Shown here piece by piece: positions 63,392 to 64,000 of a stretch of DNA of 64,000 bases; positions within the stretch are counted from its first letter, which is position 1; the number at the start of each line of letters is the position of its first letter. Where the stretch lies: NCBI GenBank assembly GCA_003601775.1, contig PIYN01000001.1, positions 27,758 through 91,757 on the forward strand, in the 5' to 3' direction. The notes under the pieces were generated by a model, which saw nothing but the letters and a program-made list of their open reading frames with translations, ran no database searches and was not told the origin of the DNA. Source of the stretch: Candidatus Bathyarchaeota archaeon (GTDB lineage Archaea > Thermoproteota > Bathyarchaeia > TCS64 > PIYN01). Made by a program: the position numbers and the translations under genes.

Positions 63392-64000
63392 CTAAATCCA
63401 GCCCTGGGCTCTCAGGAGCTCGGCTAAGAGGATGGCGCAACCGGCGGCCCCCCTGATGGTGTTGTGTCCCAGGAGGACGAACTGGAGGGACCTCTCGTCG
63501 ATGCCGGGCCTCAGCCTCCCGACCGTCACGCTCATCCCCGGAACCGATCCCGCCATCCTGTCGAGGCGCGTCTGCGGCCTATCCCTCTCCTCCCTGAGGA
63601 TTATGGGGTTCTCGGGGGCCGTCGGGAGGCCGAGTTCCTGGGGCAGCCCCCTGAAGCCCCTGAGGGCCTCCCTCACCTCCTCCAGGTCCACCTCCTCCTC
63701 GGCCTCGAGGTAGACGGTCTCCAGGTGGCCGTCGAGGGTGGGTACCCTGTTGCAGGAGGCCGCGACGGAGAAGGAGGCCTCCTTCACTTTCTCCCCCTCC
63801 AGCCTCCCCAGGATCTTCAAGGTCTCCCTCTGCATCTTCTCCTCCTCCCTCTCTATGTAGGGGATGACGTTATCTATGATGGATAGGGAGGGGACGCCGG
63901 GGTATCCCGCGCCCGAGACGGCCTGCATCGTCGTCACTATGACCTTCTTGATGGTGAGGAGGTCGTGGAGGGGCTTGAGGGCGAGGACCAGGTTTATGGT
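63392..64000 (-). CDS. asd: aspartate-semialdehyde dehydrogenase (3' part; gene continues beyond window end)
   Basis: Contains the ASADH motif TMQAVSGAG (catalytic QAVSGAG). The in-frame upstream codons run to position 64000 (…TIKKVIVTTMQAVSGAG). Also NRVPTLDGHLETVYLE and a C-terminal LLGHNTIRGAAG. Confidence 0.8.
   Translation of the reverse strand, partial: TINLVLALKPLHDLLTIKKVIVTTMQAVSGAGYPGVPSLSIIDNVIPYIEREEEKMQRETLKILGRLEGEKVKEASFSVAASCNRVPTLDGHLETVYLEAEEEVDLEEVREALRGFRGLPQELGLPTAPENPIILREERDRPQTRLDRMAGSVPGMSVTVGRLRPGIDERSLQFVLLGHNTIRGAAGCAILLAELLRAQGWI

Noticed and set aside
1-64000. Search for CRISPR arrays, rRNA genes, IS elements/transposases, integrases, restriction-modification or toxin-antitoxin modules
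   Set aside because: I found no direct-repeat/spacer arrays, no rRNA-like conserved stretches, no transposase or integrase-like ORFs, and no terminal inverted repeats. The only repeats are the intragenic PE linkers and the permuted domain duplication.

Overview
This is a high-GC (~60%) archaeal chromosomal window. Supporting this: archaeal ribosomal proteins S25e and L35Ae, aIF2-beta, a Nre-family protein, FtsZ, archaeal-type TATA boxes and oligo-T terminators. Most genes are translationally coupled (ATGA/GTGA overlaps), so it is densely coding with operons. Recognisable content, in order: (a) a tRNA-Ser(CGA); (b) SAM-cycle and housekeeping enzymes (ahcY, MTAP, ppa, pyruvate kinase, metG, topA, ftsZ); (c) a complete molybdopterin-cofactor biosynthesis operon (moaA-moaD-moaE-moaC-moaB-moeA) next to a tungstate/molybdate ABC transporter (wtpABC) with a perfect palindromic candidate operator; (d) a cell-envelope/glycosylation locus at 8.8-21.9 kb, with two GT2 glycosyltransferases, a 1861-aa secreted, sequon-rich giant protein with an internally duplicated and permuted domain pair and Pro/Glu linkers, a GT-C/YfhO-like polytopic membrane protein, and a second surface protein with a C-terminal TM anchor; (e) an AT-rich two-gene cassette of tandem paralogs of unknown function at 43.9-45.7 kb; (f) a decayed remnant of a Mo/W-bis-pterin oxidoreductase gene at 62.8-63.4 kb; (g) a 350-bp AT-rich non-coding region with nested hairpins upstream of ftsZ. 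I saw no CRISPR array, rRNA, transposase, integrase or recognisable defense system. The items I would examine first as candidates for something undescribed are the envelope glycoprotein locus, the tandem-paralog cassette and the structured AT-rich element. All functional calls rest on motif-level recognition of the translated ORFs. I could run no database search, and coordinates may be off by a nucleotide or two where I counted by hand.
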